A stretch of DNA of 64,000 bases, taken from Guillardia theta CCMP2712. Its lineage: Eukaryota; Protista; Cryptophyta. The notes beneath the pieces were generated by a model. The model did no database searches. It saw nothing but the letters and a program-made list of their open reading frames with translations, and was not told the DNA's origin. This document shows positions 47,901 through 61,629 of the stretch, one piece after another. Made by a program: the position numbers and the translations under genes. Within the stretch, counting starts at the first letter, position 1; every line of letters begins with the position of its first letter. The stretch spans positions 172,360-236,359 of the forward strand of contig NW_005434596.1 of NCBI RefSeq assembly GCF_000315625.1. Direction: 5' to 3'.

Positions 47901-48750
47901 GTTTCTTGATATTAGCCATTCTTTGTTCATGATCTTCATCCTCATCTCAGGTTCCTCCTTCTCCTCCTCCTCCTTTGCTGCCCTTGTGCTGATTGCTTCT
48001 TTAGCGTTCGGCTCTGCCCTGACAATGATCGGCGAGCCTCCTTTCGATCAGGGTTGGGATCATACGCTGGCTGTGCTGCTCCAGGAGGTAAGTTGATGCA
48101 AGAAGAGGAGGAGAAGAAGAGGGCAAGTGATGAGACCTGGGCCAGGTTCTTGGCGTATCCCAGCAGTACTATCCAGAGATTGGCTCCTTCACTCGCTTCC
48201 TCCTTCTTGTCTACGTCTCGTGAGCGCCTCACTTGCCTTCTACGCTCCAAGTGACCTGGCTTACAGTGCTGTCACTATCGGCATGCTCAACATCCTCATC
48301 GCTCAGCTCACCATCACCTACGACAAGTTGTCGTCGGAGAAGGAGGGGTACGCGATGAAGCACAGGTAAGAGACGAGGACGTAGGGTGGAGCGATCCTCA
48401 ACTCGCTGACAGAGCAAGCGTCTGCCTCGACATTGAGGGCTTCCTCCCCTACTTCGTGCGGAAGTATGCTTGAACAGCTTTCGCTGCTTCCTCCTTGCTG
48501 ACGACTTCACCCTCCAGGAGGATCTTCGATGACATTGGCTTTGATGAGCCCCTCAACTTCAGTGCCAACGACTCGGGGCCGGCAGGAGGCGTTCAGGTAC
48601 GAACCACCTGCTGTAGAGTAGCCTCGGAGCCTGACGCTCTTCCCCCTCTAGCTCTTCGAGCGAGACGACCATCCCAAGTACGTTCCCGACCGCATCCTTC
48701 GCTTCACCGGCGATGCCTCCCCTGAGGATCCATGGCCCGAGATCAACTGA
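41990..48750 (+). CDS. Cytochrome b5-globin(x4)-TRPV-like ion channel, paralog B
   Basis: b5 motif VFDVTKFLEEHPGG...DPFFERH; globins with LAPMHHRKGV, LGLRHVKYKI and LTIRHIRYGV; pre-S1 HPIVKQTLQLKWQKFG; hydrophobic helices; S6 VTIGMLNILIAQLTITYDKL; KHRASVCLDIEGFLP. Stop at 48748-48750. Confidence 0.88.
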
Positions 48751-50442
48751 TTTGGCTAACCACCATGTGACTGTGTGTAAATTATGTTGTCAGTTCTTAA
48801 TAAAATTCCGACTGAGGATGACACTCGGCTGACTCAGTGACCTCACGGTCGGAGTCATCTGGCGGTCTGCGCGGCGCGCGGCAGCCTGAGCGCGGCGCGG
48901 CCCGATCACTGTAAACTAACTATGATGTCTGCCTGCCTGTATGTATAGTACGGTACCGTACCGTTGTAGTACGGGATCGGATGGTACTACCGTACCGGGT
49001 ATGTATCACTGAGCCATGCCAGTCAGCGGATAGCGCCGGGTACTGAGAGCCTCGGAGCCTGCGAAGACTCAGAGGAGACCTTCCTAGCCGTCTTGCTAAG
49101 GTCTTCTCATGTCTGGATGCTTGGGTTTCACATCCTATTAGCATACACAGTGACAGTCGGGGCTATCTCACACGCGGCCTGGCAGTGTACTGACTCCGTC
49201 CTAAATTCTGGTTTCGGCCGAAGTTCAAGCCGGAGCAAAAGCTGTCTTGTTGCAACTGAGATCGACTCATTATGTCTGCGTGCCACCGTGACTTTGCCCC
49301 CCGGCGCGCCCGCAGTGCGGCGGCGGCCACGGGACGGCGGCCGCGGGGCGCCGGCGGCGCCGCGGGCGGAGTCAGCCTACGAGTAGTACCGGCCGGGCGG
49401 CCCGGGCCGGCCTGGCATGTCAACTTATGCGGCAATGACTGAGGCGGCCCGGCCCGCGCATCACTGTCAATAGTAGCGTTGCGGCTTTCAAGTTTTCAGG
49501 CCCTCAGAGGGCCGGCCGTTTTGCCGGCCCGGATCATCATGGCTGAGTCCGGCTCGGACTCAGTGGGAACCGTTGAACGGTTCCGATGGCTTGTGACCGT
49601 GGCTCGGTTATGAGTCCTCTGTTTAGAATCTCAGCAGGTGCAGGGTAGGGTAATAGAAGGAGTAGGTGGAGGGTACTAATAGTATCTTGAGGTTATGGGG
49701 TGGTGAGATTATGACGGGTGTCAGTTGAGTGAGAGGGGTTCCCGATAATTTTTAATTCATATTTGTGGGTTGTGGTAAAATTAATTGATTAATTTTCAAA
49801 CTTTGATTGAAATGTCTACCTCTTGCAAAGTTGACACGGTGGTTAAACCAACTGGTGGGTACTCTGGACCAGGTAGGCTCAAAGTAGGGGTACAGATGAT
49901 GCTCCAATAGGGTTGTGTGAGTTTTCAAGGGGTAGGGGTAGGGGGGTCAGCTATGTGGTAGATGACTGGAGATGCTTCCATAATAGTACGGGTAGGGATC
50001 CATAATAACCGGTCCTTTCACATTCAGTCGGATTTTCTATGGTAGGTCATGAGTCACTAGGGGTTAGATTACTATTTTCAGTGGGTACTTAACTCAACCA
50101 AGACTTTTTTGGTGGGGTGGGGTGTATATACAGTGCTGAAGATGTGGTCTTTATCAATGAATGTTGGTACATAATACAGGGTATGGGTGCATGTTGTAGG
50201 GGTACATTGACAAAAGCAAAATGTAGGGGTGATTTAAGGTATTGGTATCTACAAGGAGGGTCAGGTCAATTCTGAAATTTCATCTTTAGGGGTAGGGGTC
50301 CTAATCCTCCCGCAACAAACCCGGGGAGTGAAGTAGGAACTCGGGTAATACGAAATGTTTCAACTAGTGAGACAACACTGTGAAAATACATCGTAATATT
50401 TGAAATTTCAATTCAAAATGGAACCTGGGTCCTTTTGGGGGA

Positions 50443-52700
50443 ATGTGGGGAATTCGATCGCCATGGCTACAGGAAGAGGCGGAGCGAAGTGAAGGAGCGA
50501 GCACGTGAGAGAGACAGGAAGAGCAGAGGAGGAGAGAGACTTCGAGGATAAGGAGAGAGAGAGGAGGCGGAAGACAAGGGGCAGAGGGATTGAAGAGGTT
50601 GAGAGGCGAGAGGTGGAGGTACCCTGGTCAAGGAACTATTATTGCAATCCAAGTGCAGGGTTTCAGGGTACGGAAGGATCTGGAGTGAACGTTGGATAGT
50701 GCACTGCTTGGTTCTTGAGAGCAGGAACACCTTTCAAGAGTGCTGTACTGAACCATGGTAGCGATCACGAGCGAGCAGCCAGAGCATGCGGCTCATCAAC
50801 AGGCTATAAGCCAACGTGCCTGCCCTGGTTGGCTGCAGGACATTGCAGCGCTGAACCGACTGAACCATGGGGAGCGAGCAGCTGCAGGCGATACAGTGGA
50901 ACACCTTCTCTCGCAGCTCAGAAACAACAATGTGCATATCCGCCTAGCTGCGATCAGGTCCCTAGGGCACGTTGCGAGGAATGGGGACTTCCACGTTGTG
51001 AGAGAGCTGTTGGGCCAGTCGATAGCAAGCAGCGGGTTCGGTGTGCAGGATAAGGCCAGCGAAGTCCGTGCTCTGGCTGCGGAGGCTGTGGGGAAGATAG
51101 CGGCAGACACGGGGGATCGTTTGGTTTGCGACAAGATGCTGGATATGATTGATGACAAAGATTGGGCAGTGAGGAGCTCGGCGCTCAAGGTAGCAAACTT
51201 TCATTCTGCTCGTGCTATCCTGATGCTTGTTCTGTGTGGACAGTCCTTGTCGAAAGTCTGCAGCCGTGCAGATGATTGGGTGGTGGATGAGCTGTTGGCG
51301 AAGATGATGGGGAGCGAGAGCTGGTCAGCAAAAGCACTCTGTGCGGAGGTGGGACCTCAGTAGTCTGTGGTGGCCTCAGGCAAGCGTCTGATCACTGTGC
51401 TCGATGCAGGGCCTGGGAAACCTGTGCACTAGAGGGGCAGGACATGTTGTAAATGCGCTGATAGAGATGTCCCGGCACGATGACTGGGCTGTACGGAAGG
51501 TTAGGATTCAAACCAACTACTTTTGCAAGCATTGGAATGACTTGCTCTCTCCTTGAAGGCATGTCTGATAGCCTTGGGGAAGATTGCCCAGCAGGGGGAT
51601 CAGCTAGTCTTGCGGGTGCGTGGCTATTAGAGTTTGCATGAAGGAAGAGAACTGAAAATCTCTCAGGCGATCGTACAGTCCTCGCAGGACGCGGACTGGA
51701 GGGTCAGGAAGGCTGCCGTGCAAGCTCTGGGCCAGGTAAAGGCTCTTGCTCTCGTGGTCTTGTGGTCACATGATCGTACAGGTTGCTGAGAGAGGATGCC
51801 GGTTCTCGATCAACGGTTGAAGTCATGATCTAAGTGAAAATTGGATGTTGACTAGCGTTGGCAGAGATCCTCTTGCGACTGGACGATACTGCAGTGGGAG
51901 AAAGACACTCCAAATTGGACGTGATCAACCATGATGACAGGGACGTCAAGCTTGCAGCGGTGTGCAGTTGGTCCTGCCACGCTCTTCTCTGACTTGAAGT
52001 TTTAGATAAAGGTGCTCGAGAAGCTTGCGGAACCGGGAGATCATCATGTTCTAGCTGCTCTTGACAGCACAGCTCAACGTAAGATTTCTGCAATCCTCCT
52101 CGTCCACTTGCCTTTAAGTTCGTTCCATCCAGGCATCGCTGGAGATTCCGTGCTGCTTGCTGCGATAGTGCGGGCTACGACTGTCATCTCGCACGAGAGG
52201 TCAGTCTTCATGCTGCTCCCTTTGTGCAACCATCTCTTATTGCAACCCCTGTATCCGCCATTGGTGTATTCTATTCTATCTTCTTGCTTTCTTGTAGCCA
52301 CTCGGCGTTCACAATGCTCTCGTCTGACGGTTCTGCTCCTTGCAGCCTGATCCCGCGGTTGGGAGATTTCTCCGGCACGGAGTCCTCCTCCTCTACAGAT
52401 TCCTCACCGGAATGGTGAGCAAGAGCCAGCGGTGGAGGCGAGTCTGATGACAGCAATGTTTCAGTGTGAGCAGGGGAAGCCTGGCTGAATAAGGATGTTC
52501 CTAGCAGACGTTTACCTCCATGTCGGAGTCAACACGATCAAGGGAAATAGAAGGGAGGAGGGAGGTTGGAAGAAAGGAAAGGAAGGAACGTTAACTCCTC
52601 GGCAGAGGAGAACGCTTAAAAGAACTCGATGCCTGGACGAGGGACCTTGAACCTACCTCGGAGTAGGTGCGCGATGGGTTTCTCGAACGCCTTTCTCGCA
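50443..52700 (+). CDS. HEAT-repeat (PBS lyase/HEAT_2-like) protein; both ends uncertain
   Basis: Repeats NNVHIRLAAIRSLGHV, DKASEVRALAAEAVGKI, DKDWAVRSSALK, DDWAVRKACLIALGKI, DADWRVRKAAVQALGQ and DRDVKLAA. Confidence 0.75.
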
Positions 52701-52798
52701 GCGAACAGATTTATTCTCCCGTGATAATATTATGTAGATTGAATGTTTAGCTAGTCTTGTTTCTCACTCTTGCCAGATGAGCTTCTTCTTCAGTTGTA

Positions 52799-53645
52799 TT
52801 ACAAAACGAATGGAACCAAACCCCCTTGCAATTGGAACCATCGCCAAAGAGCGTCGCTGAAAATCCAGTAGAGCCCGATTACCAACAGCACAAGGATCAC
52901 ACATGCCGCAAGAGAGGGATTTTCCTTGTGCTGAGTGTTGTTATGCTCCACATCTCGCCCGTTGACCATCACTTTGGCTCGTGGCCCTCCCGCTTCAACC
53001 CCTTTGCTGACGTCGCCGTTGCAAGTCCTGCCGGCCTCCACCGCCTCCACCACGCCATCGTGCTCAAGAGCTCCCGTTGCCCTCTCCTCCTTAGCCTCCC
53101 CCCGCAAACTCATCGGAGGCCGTCTGCTGGACTCGAGCTGGAGGCTCAGCTCATCACAGAACTCTCGGCTAAGTGTCAGGCTCTCCATCCCTCTCAGCCG
53201 TAATGTCCTGCCCCCCTTCCTCCTCCCCAACGTGATGCCTTCCCTCCCGTACCCGAGCCGAGCTTGAGCAAGGAAGAGCTCTCCCTTCAGGACCCGCTCG
53301 ATGGTGTGGGGGGGCCAGGAGGAGGGATCCCCTGCTGCCTCTACTCGTTCACCGTCGTGCACGACGATCACAGCAGTGAAGGTGTCCTGAAGCAAAGCTC
53401 AAGTCAGCTCCGAGCAAGCAGGAGGGGCAAGAGTAAGTCACCGCAGTGTCCTGACGATACGTGATCAGCTTGTTCCTCGTCCTGTACGCCAGAACCTCCC
53501 GCGCAATGGCCGGCGACCTGGCGATGTTCCTCTCCAGGGCCTTGAGGGGGACAACGATTCCATTCTCTGCACACTTGCGCTTGAAGGACGACCTCGACAT
53601 CTTCTGCATCTTCTCTCGAGCTGTCACTGCGTCTCCTCCTGCCAT
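52799..53645 (-). CDS. Hypothetical protein with a C-terminal transmembrane helix (two exons)
   Basis: ORFs 53349..53645 and 52799..53395 can be joined by a short intron (~53391-53461). C-terminal LAACVILVLLVIGLYWIF is hydrophobic. Confidence 0.55.
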
Positions 53646-54803
53646 GGAGGCGGGCGGGCGAGAAGGATGGGGCGGATCAAACAGCGATCAACTTCGTTGT
53701 CACCTGCTCCTTCACCTTCAAAGTTTCCCCGACGGACTTTGACGTTGACAAGGTGCCAGGGCATGGACACGAGCTAGCAGGGCCAGGCGGCTCATGGCCG
53801 TCAGTCTCCTCGGGTCCTCCTCATGCCCAGAAGCTCGACCTCTTCTCGCCTCCTCCGCTCCTCCGCTCCTCCGCTCCTCCTCTCTTCATTCCTCTCGCCA
53901 AGCTCCAGTACCATCGCCGGGATCAACTATGCGGGCCCCCCGGGATCAACTACCGGGCGGGCCCGGCCGGCCGGGCCCGCCTCGCGCCCTCGGATGCAAT
54001 GCTGCACACTTGTATGATTGTTCATACGATTCCTTACTGTGTACAAAGAGTTGTTTTCGTAAAATTCGCGTGCTGCCGCAGGAAGGTCGGGTGTTTGTAA
54101 TTTCGCGAGATCGGACTGCAATCGGCACTGGGCCGCAGGGCTCCAGTTTGAACCTCGGAACAACTCCACCAGTATTTGCTCTGCAAGCAAGTCTTGCGCT
54201 GCCGAGATAGCACAGTTGCAATTGTTGTCCTCTAGTTGCTCGTCGAACTCGAGCCGCTGAGCAGTCACGGTGGGAATCACGGTTGTGCGGGGCCTACCGT
54301 ACTGGCCACCGTCGCCACCGTGAGCGGCCGATCCCAAAGATGAGCTTCAGTGTTGCAGCGGCACTCCGAGGCTCGGATGTCGCGGTTGACCACCAACACG
54401 CTGTGACCGCCGTACAGTTCGACGTCGCGGCCGAGTTGGATCAGACCGTGAGACTGAAACTTGCCAAGTTGGAACAACTTTGTCACGTGGCAAGAAAATT
54501 CAGCCGACTCTCATTTCTCGACCGTTTTTTTTTTTTTTTTTGGGAACATCGCCGGTCTAGACCCACATCTTCGTCATCAGAAGATGTTGATGCTGATGTT
54601 GACGAGAATGTCATGTCATTGAACGGAACGGATCGTCATGCTTGTCGTGATGATATCTGCAAACATGGGAATTGAATCTGAACCTGTTTATTTTAATTTG
54701 AATTGTTAATAGAGTATTTTCGAAATTTCTCGAACATTTTGAAATATGAGCAGATTTGAACCAGATCGCATTTCCCGCCATCACTACTCGCTGCGCGATA
54801 GGA

Positions 54804-55748
54804 ATGTCGTCTTGCGATGCGGAGCAAGCAGCGCCTCGAGAGCAGCAGCATGCGGACAAGCAGACCAGGATGAGCTTCAAAGGAGGGCCAGGTGTCGATG
54901 GCTTCAAGAGGCGCGTTCGGATAGTACAAGGCATGCTGATGTACTCCCCGGACAGGATATTCGGATCCAAAGACAGATTCGCCTTGTACAATTCAGTCAC
55001 GGCCACTCTCAACTCTGATCCTCTTTTCGATGGTGCTCTGAAGACTTTCACCACGCGTGACAGGTGGCTCGAGGTCATGAGAGTCGTCGACTCCATCATC
55101 TCTGGCGGCAGAGAGAAATACCTCCGTCCTCTCCATGAGGCGGGGAAACCTCTCAACGAAATGGACGAGCTACACTTGCGCTTGTCCGAGATGAAGACGG
55201 CATGGCTCAAGAATAATCCCCAGGCTGAAACAAGCATGAATGGTGTGAGCGCTCCGAACAAACGCGGGAGAGACTTCGATGCGAAGACGGTGGACGTGGA
55301 AGAGAAGAAAAATGAAGCTTCTGAGCGGGGATCTGAGAGCGAGTCAGAAAATGGAGCTGAGCGACTGCAAGGGCACGAAGATGACGACGAGTATGCGGGA
55401 AAGCCACCGTCCGATTGCAGGACAAGCCATGCTCCTCGGAAGAGGGGACGGCAAGTCGCGAATCAGAAAAGTTACCCCGAAGTGTCAGTTCCCCAGTTGT
55501 CTGACCTCCTGGACTACCTCAAGAAGAGCGACGATCAGTTTTACAACTTCGTTGACCAGCACCGCGCTGTCAGGCAGGCTGAGACCCAGGCTGAGAAGTA
55601 CAAAGAGGAAGCTCGGATGTATAAGGCTAGGGCCGAGAGGTATAAGAAACAGTGCGAGCTCTTGGTGAAGATCATCGAGTGCAAGGATCAGGGAATTCCA
55701 ATTCCTCCAGGCTTTATGGCAGAGACTCGTAACATGATGGATGAGTAA
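54804..55748 (+). CDS. Intronless protein with a Myb/SANT(trihelix)-like N-terminal region and a C-terminal coiled coil
   Basis: Single long ORF. YNSVTATLNSDPLFDGALKTFTTRDRWLEVM resembles Myb/SANT-like helices 2-3; acidic/basic linker with PRKRGR; coiled coil QAEKYKEEARMYKARAERYKKQ. Confidence 0.6.
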   Translation: MSSCDAEQAAPREQQHADKQTRMSFKGGPGVDGFKRRVRIVQGMLMYSPDRIFGSKDRFALYNSVTATLNSDPLFDGALKTFTTRDRWLEVMRVVDSIISGGREKYLRPLHEAGKPLNEMDELHLRLSEMKTAWLKNNPQAETSMNGVSAPNKRGRDFDAKTVDVEEKKNEASERGSESESENGAERLQGHEDDDEYAGKPPSDCRTSHAPRKRGRQVANQKSYPEVSVPQLSDLLDYLKKSDDQFYNFVDQHRAVRQAETQAEKYKEEARMYKARAERYKKQCELLVKIIECKDQGIPIPPGFMAETRNMMDE

Positions 55749-56338
55749 GGCCCAGCTCAAAAGGCTTCTGAATTTCCGCGAGGAAGGATAGCAGATGTCG
55801 TGCTAGTCCCTTTTTAAGATAGGAAACTCCTAACTTCGGCAGAGCCAGTCGATGCAGATGCCTACAAGGATCTAACGTCAAGGTGGGCCAAGTGATCTGG
55901 TTTCACATACAAATGCAGTCAACAGCACAGCGAAACCAGATCATGAAATCAGCCATGCTATGATGACGCGGCGGAGGCTGTTGAATCATTGACGTGTGCA
56001 AGGCAATTCAACGGATGCATCTTCGTGTTTATCACACTACTTTTGACATCATACTTAGTAAAACATACGATCCGATTGACTCCTCATGCCAGTGAACTTA
56101 CTAAAGTTAGGCCTTGTCGGTGAACTGCCCGGTCAATGATGAGTCACGCGGCCCGTAGCCCCTCCGGCCCTTCCCCGACACGGCACGTCCGATCCCAGGC
56201 CCGGGTACGTCGCAGCGGGTAACGGGCGCCGGGCCGGGCGGCGTGACGGTCCCGGATCCAAGGCTCAGTGCCGGGTATGAGTGATACATTTCACTGTATG
56301 CTTATATTACCCGCAATCGGGGGAATAAAAAGGGGGCC

Positions 56339-58798
<2,460 letters not shown>

Positions 58799-59276
58799 GC
58801 TGCGTTTGTATCGCATCCGGTGGAAGGAGGACGGAGACAACAGTCGCTGAAGTCGAAGAAAGAGGAGGACGGTGGAAGCAAGTGGGGAAGGAATGGGGAG
58901 GATAGGAAGGAGGAAGGAGGAGGGAGAAGAAGGGTACTGAAGAGAGTGGACAAGGAGGAGAGGAGGGGGAGATCTCAACAAATTTTCATTCCAAGTTTTC
59001 CATGTTGAGTTATCAGTAGACGCTATCAGATAAACGATATAAAATGTTTCTTGTCTCTATCTACCTACGTAGACGCTAACTATGATAAATCTGTTGTCCT
59101 CCCCTCCCTTCGCTGGGCCCCATCTTCCTCCTCCTCCTCCTCCTCCTCCTCCTCCTCCTCCTCCTCCTCCTCCTCCACGTTGGTTCCCTCCCCTGGCTCC
59201 TCCTACGAATTTCCTCCCACTCGGCTTCCTCTTCCCCTCTCTCCTTCCCGCTTTCCTCTCCTCCCTTCTATCCCTC

Positions 59277-61166
59277 CTAGTAATTCATCGGGTCAAACGT
59301 GGTCTGGAATGCAACTGCGCTGAAATCTTCCTCCTGTTTGAAAGTCACTTCTCGTCTCCCCGTTCCCTCCCTTCCTCCTCCTTTTCCCCACCTGCTTTCT
59401 TTCCTCCAACTCTCTCCCTCCCCTTCCCCCCCTTGCCTCTTCTCCCTCCTCCCCCTCTCTCCTCCCACAAGGATCTACGCACCTTCACAACCTCCAGCTT
59501 CATCTTCTTCCAGTAAAACTTCAGCTCGTCGCTCTCCCACCCGTCATAAATTTCTTCCCACGTCTGCTCCACATCCATCATACAGCCCCCCCCCCTCTCA
59601 CTTTCCCTCTCTCCTGTCCCTGTCCCTGTCACTGTCCCGCCTCATCATACTTTCTCTCCCTTCCTCCGTTCCTCTCTATCTCCACTTCCAATCTCCTTCT
59701 CCATCTCCACCTCATTTCCATCTCCCTCTTCCTTCTTCCCCTTGCCCGAACAATCGTGCTTCCTCTTGTCTTGTCCTTTCCTCTTGTCCTCTCCCATCGT
59801 CCTTCTCTCCTCTCCTCTCCTCTCCTCTCCTCTCCTCTCCTCTCCTCTCCTCAACCTGTCTTGTCCAGTTAGGCTGCAGTGCTCTCTCACTCACAACNNN
59901 NNNNNNNNNNNNNNNNNNNNNNNNNNNNNNNNNNNNNNNNNNNNNNNNNNNNNNNNNNNNNNNNNNNNNNNNNNNNNNNNNNNNNNNNNNNNNNNNNAGA
60001 GACGAGGAAGCAAAGGAAATCACCAGACCCCGAAGAAATGATTCGCCTGCGAGCAAGCATGTAAGATGGCAGAAGAGAACGGGGAGAGAAGGGGAAAGGA
60101 GAGCGAGAGAGGCGAGAGTGGGGGAAAGAGGAAGGGACGGGACGGGAGGGAGGGAGGGAGGAGAAGCAGGTGCGATTCAGAGTTGGCGATCGCAAGCTGG
60201 ACAGGGCTGAAAGACAAGGGAAAGAGGTCAAGTCGACCTGACGGCATTCCAGCGAGGTGTACTCGCATAATGTTGGCATTCTTGGCCAGCTGAGAGGAAG
60301 GAAAGTGAGAGAAGGAGAGGTGGGGGGAGGAAGAGAGGAGAGGAGAGGAGATGTGAGGAGGAAGAGAGGAGAGGAGAGGAGAGGAGAGGAGAGGAGAGGA
60401 GAGGAGAGGAGAGGAGAGGAGAGGAGAGGAGAGGAGAGGAGAGGAGAGGAGAGGATAGGAGAGGAGTCGGGGCGAGGAGAGGAGAGGAGAGGAGAGGATA
60501 GTTGAAACTTCGAACCTTCATCCCAAACTTATTCGAGCCCACGAGGACGGCAAGGGGCCCGTGCTCCCTCGTAACATCCCCAGCAGGGCACCAGCAGGTG
60601 ACGGTCCTCTGCGACCCCTGCACGTAGGGGAAGTCCTGGTGGGGGAGAGTTCGATGCTGGTCCTGACGGGGGAAGTGGACGCGGCAGATGTGTCTGGGGT
60701 GCATAAGGACGCGGTCGCGGAAGAGGAGGGAGAGGAGGGAGAAGAGGCGAGGGGAGTGCGGCAACGAGTGGAAACTCTCGAGCTTCTGTACCCTATCGAA
60801 GATCTTCCAGTCGTGAGGATCAGTCAGCTGTGTGCTGGGAGGCAGCTGGGAGATCATCGTCCCGTGCTGCATGTCCGGCTGCTCTTGGTCGTCATGCTCT
60901 AGAGCAGAAGTCGAGTCCTCACCTGCTCCTGGTCGACCAGCTCGAGATGCCGGAGCTCTCGCACGATCTCCCGGCGGAGGTCGAGGACGAGCCTGCGGTC
61001 AAGGATGCTGCGGAGGAGGAGGTAGCCGTCCTCCTGCATGCGGCGTTGTAGCTGCTCTTCGTCCCCTCGCTCCAGGAGGTCGTTGGAGCTGCGCAGCTCT
61101 TGGAACCTTGAATGATGGCGGCGGGAGGCGGCGGCCCATGGCAGGCGCCTGAGACTCGATCGCCAT
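59277..61166 (-). CDS. Second PhyH-family Fe(II)/2OG dioxygenase, multi-exon; start uncertain
   Basis: ELRSSNDLL...LQRRMQEDGYLLLRSILD; HxD motif TLPHQDFPYVQG; TVTCWCPAGDVTREHGPLAVLVGS. A gap lies inside the gene. Confidence 0.75.
59898..59997. other. Assembly gap (100 N)
   Basis: Run of N. Confidence 1.
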
Positions 61167-61529
61167 GCTACTGGACGCAGGAGGGGGAGGAGAGAAGGCA
61201 TGCGAGAAAGGCACAGCTTACATGCAGCAGGAGAGAGAGGAGAAGGGAGCAGGGGAGTGGATGTTGAGGGGGAGCAAGAGGAAGCGGGGGAGAGGGGCTG
61301 GGGGAGGCAGGGAGGGCAAGGTGAGGAGGGGCGGGAGGGAGGTGATGGGGAGCAGATGAGAGGGGGAGGGGGCAGCAAGAGAGAAAGCTGGAGGGAGTAG
61401 CGGGGGCAGGAGGGGCAGGAGGAAGAGATCCTTGCTCATGAGGTCGGGGGATCGGCGGGGGCCGGGGGCGGGGAGGAGGCGGAACTCGTGATGAGGTGCA
61501 AGGGATATGGCGTGTGAGGGGGAGGGGGA

Positions 61530-61629
61530 NNNNNNNNNNNNNNNNNNNNNNNNNNNNNNNNNNNNNNNNNNNNNNNNNNNNNNNNNNNNNNNNNNNNNNN
61601 NNNNNNNNNNNNNNNNNNNNNNNNNNNNN
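61530..61629. other. Assembly gap (100 N)
   Basis: Run of N. Confidence 1.

Noticed and set aside
49640-50350. Interstitial telomeric repeat
   Set aside because: The GGGTA words are dispersed and irregular, not a tandem telomere unit.
55893-55943. 12-bp hairpin TGATCTGGTTTC/GAAACCAGATCA in a 3' region, considered as a SECIS element
   Set aside because: The TGA pairs by Watson-Crick rather than forming a GA kink-turn core, and the upstream ORF has no in-frame TGA.
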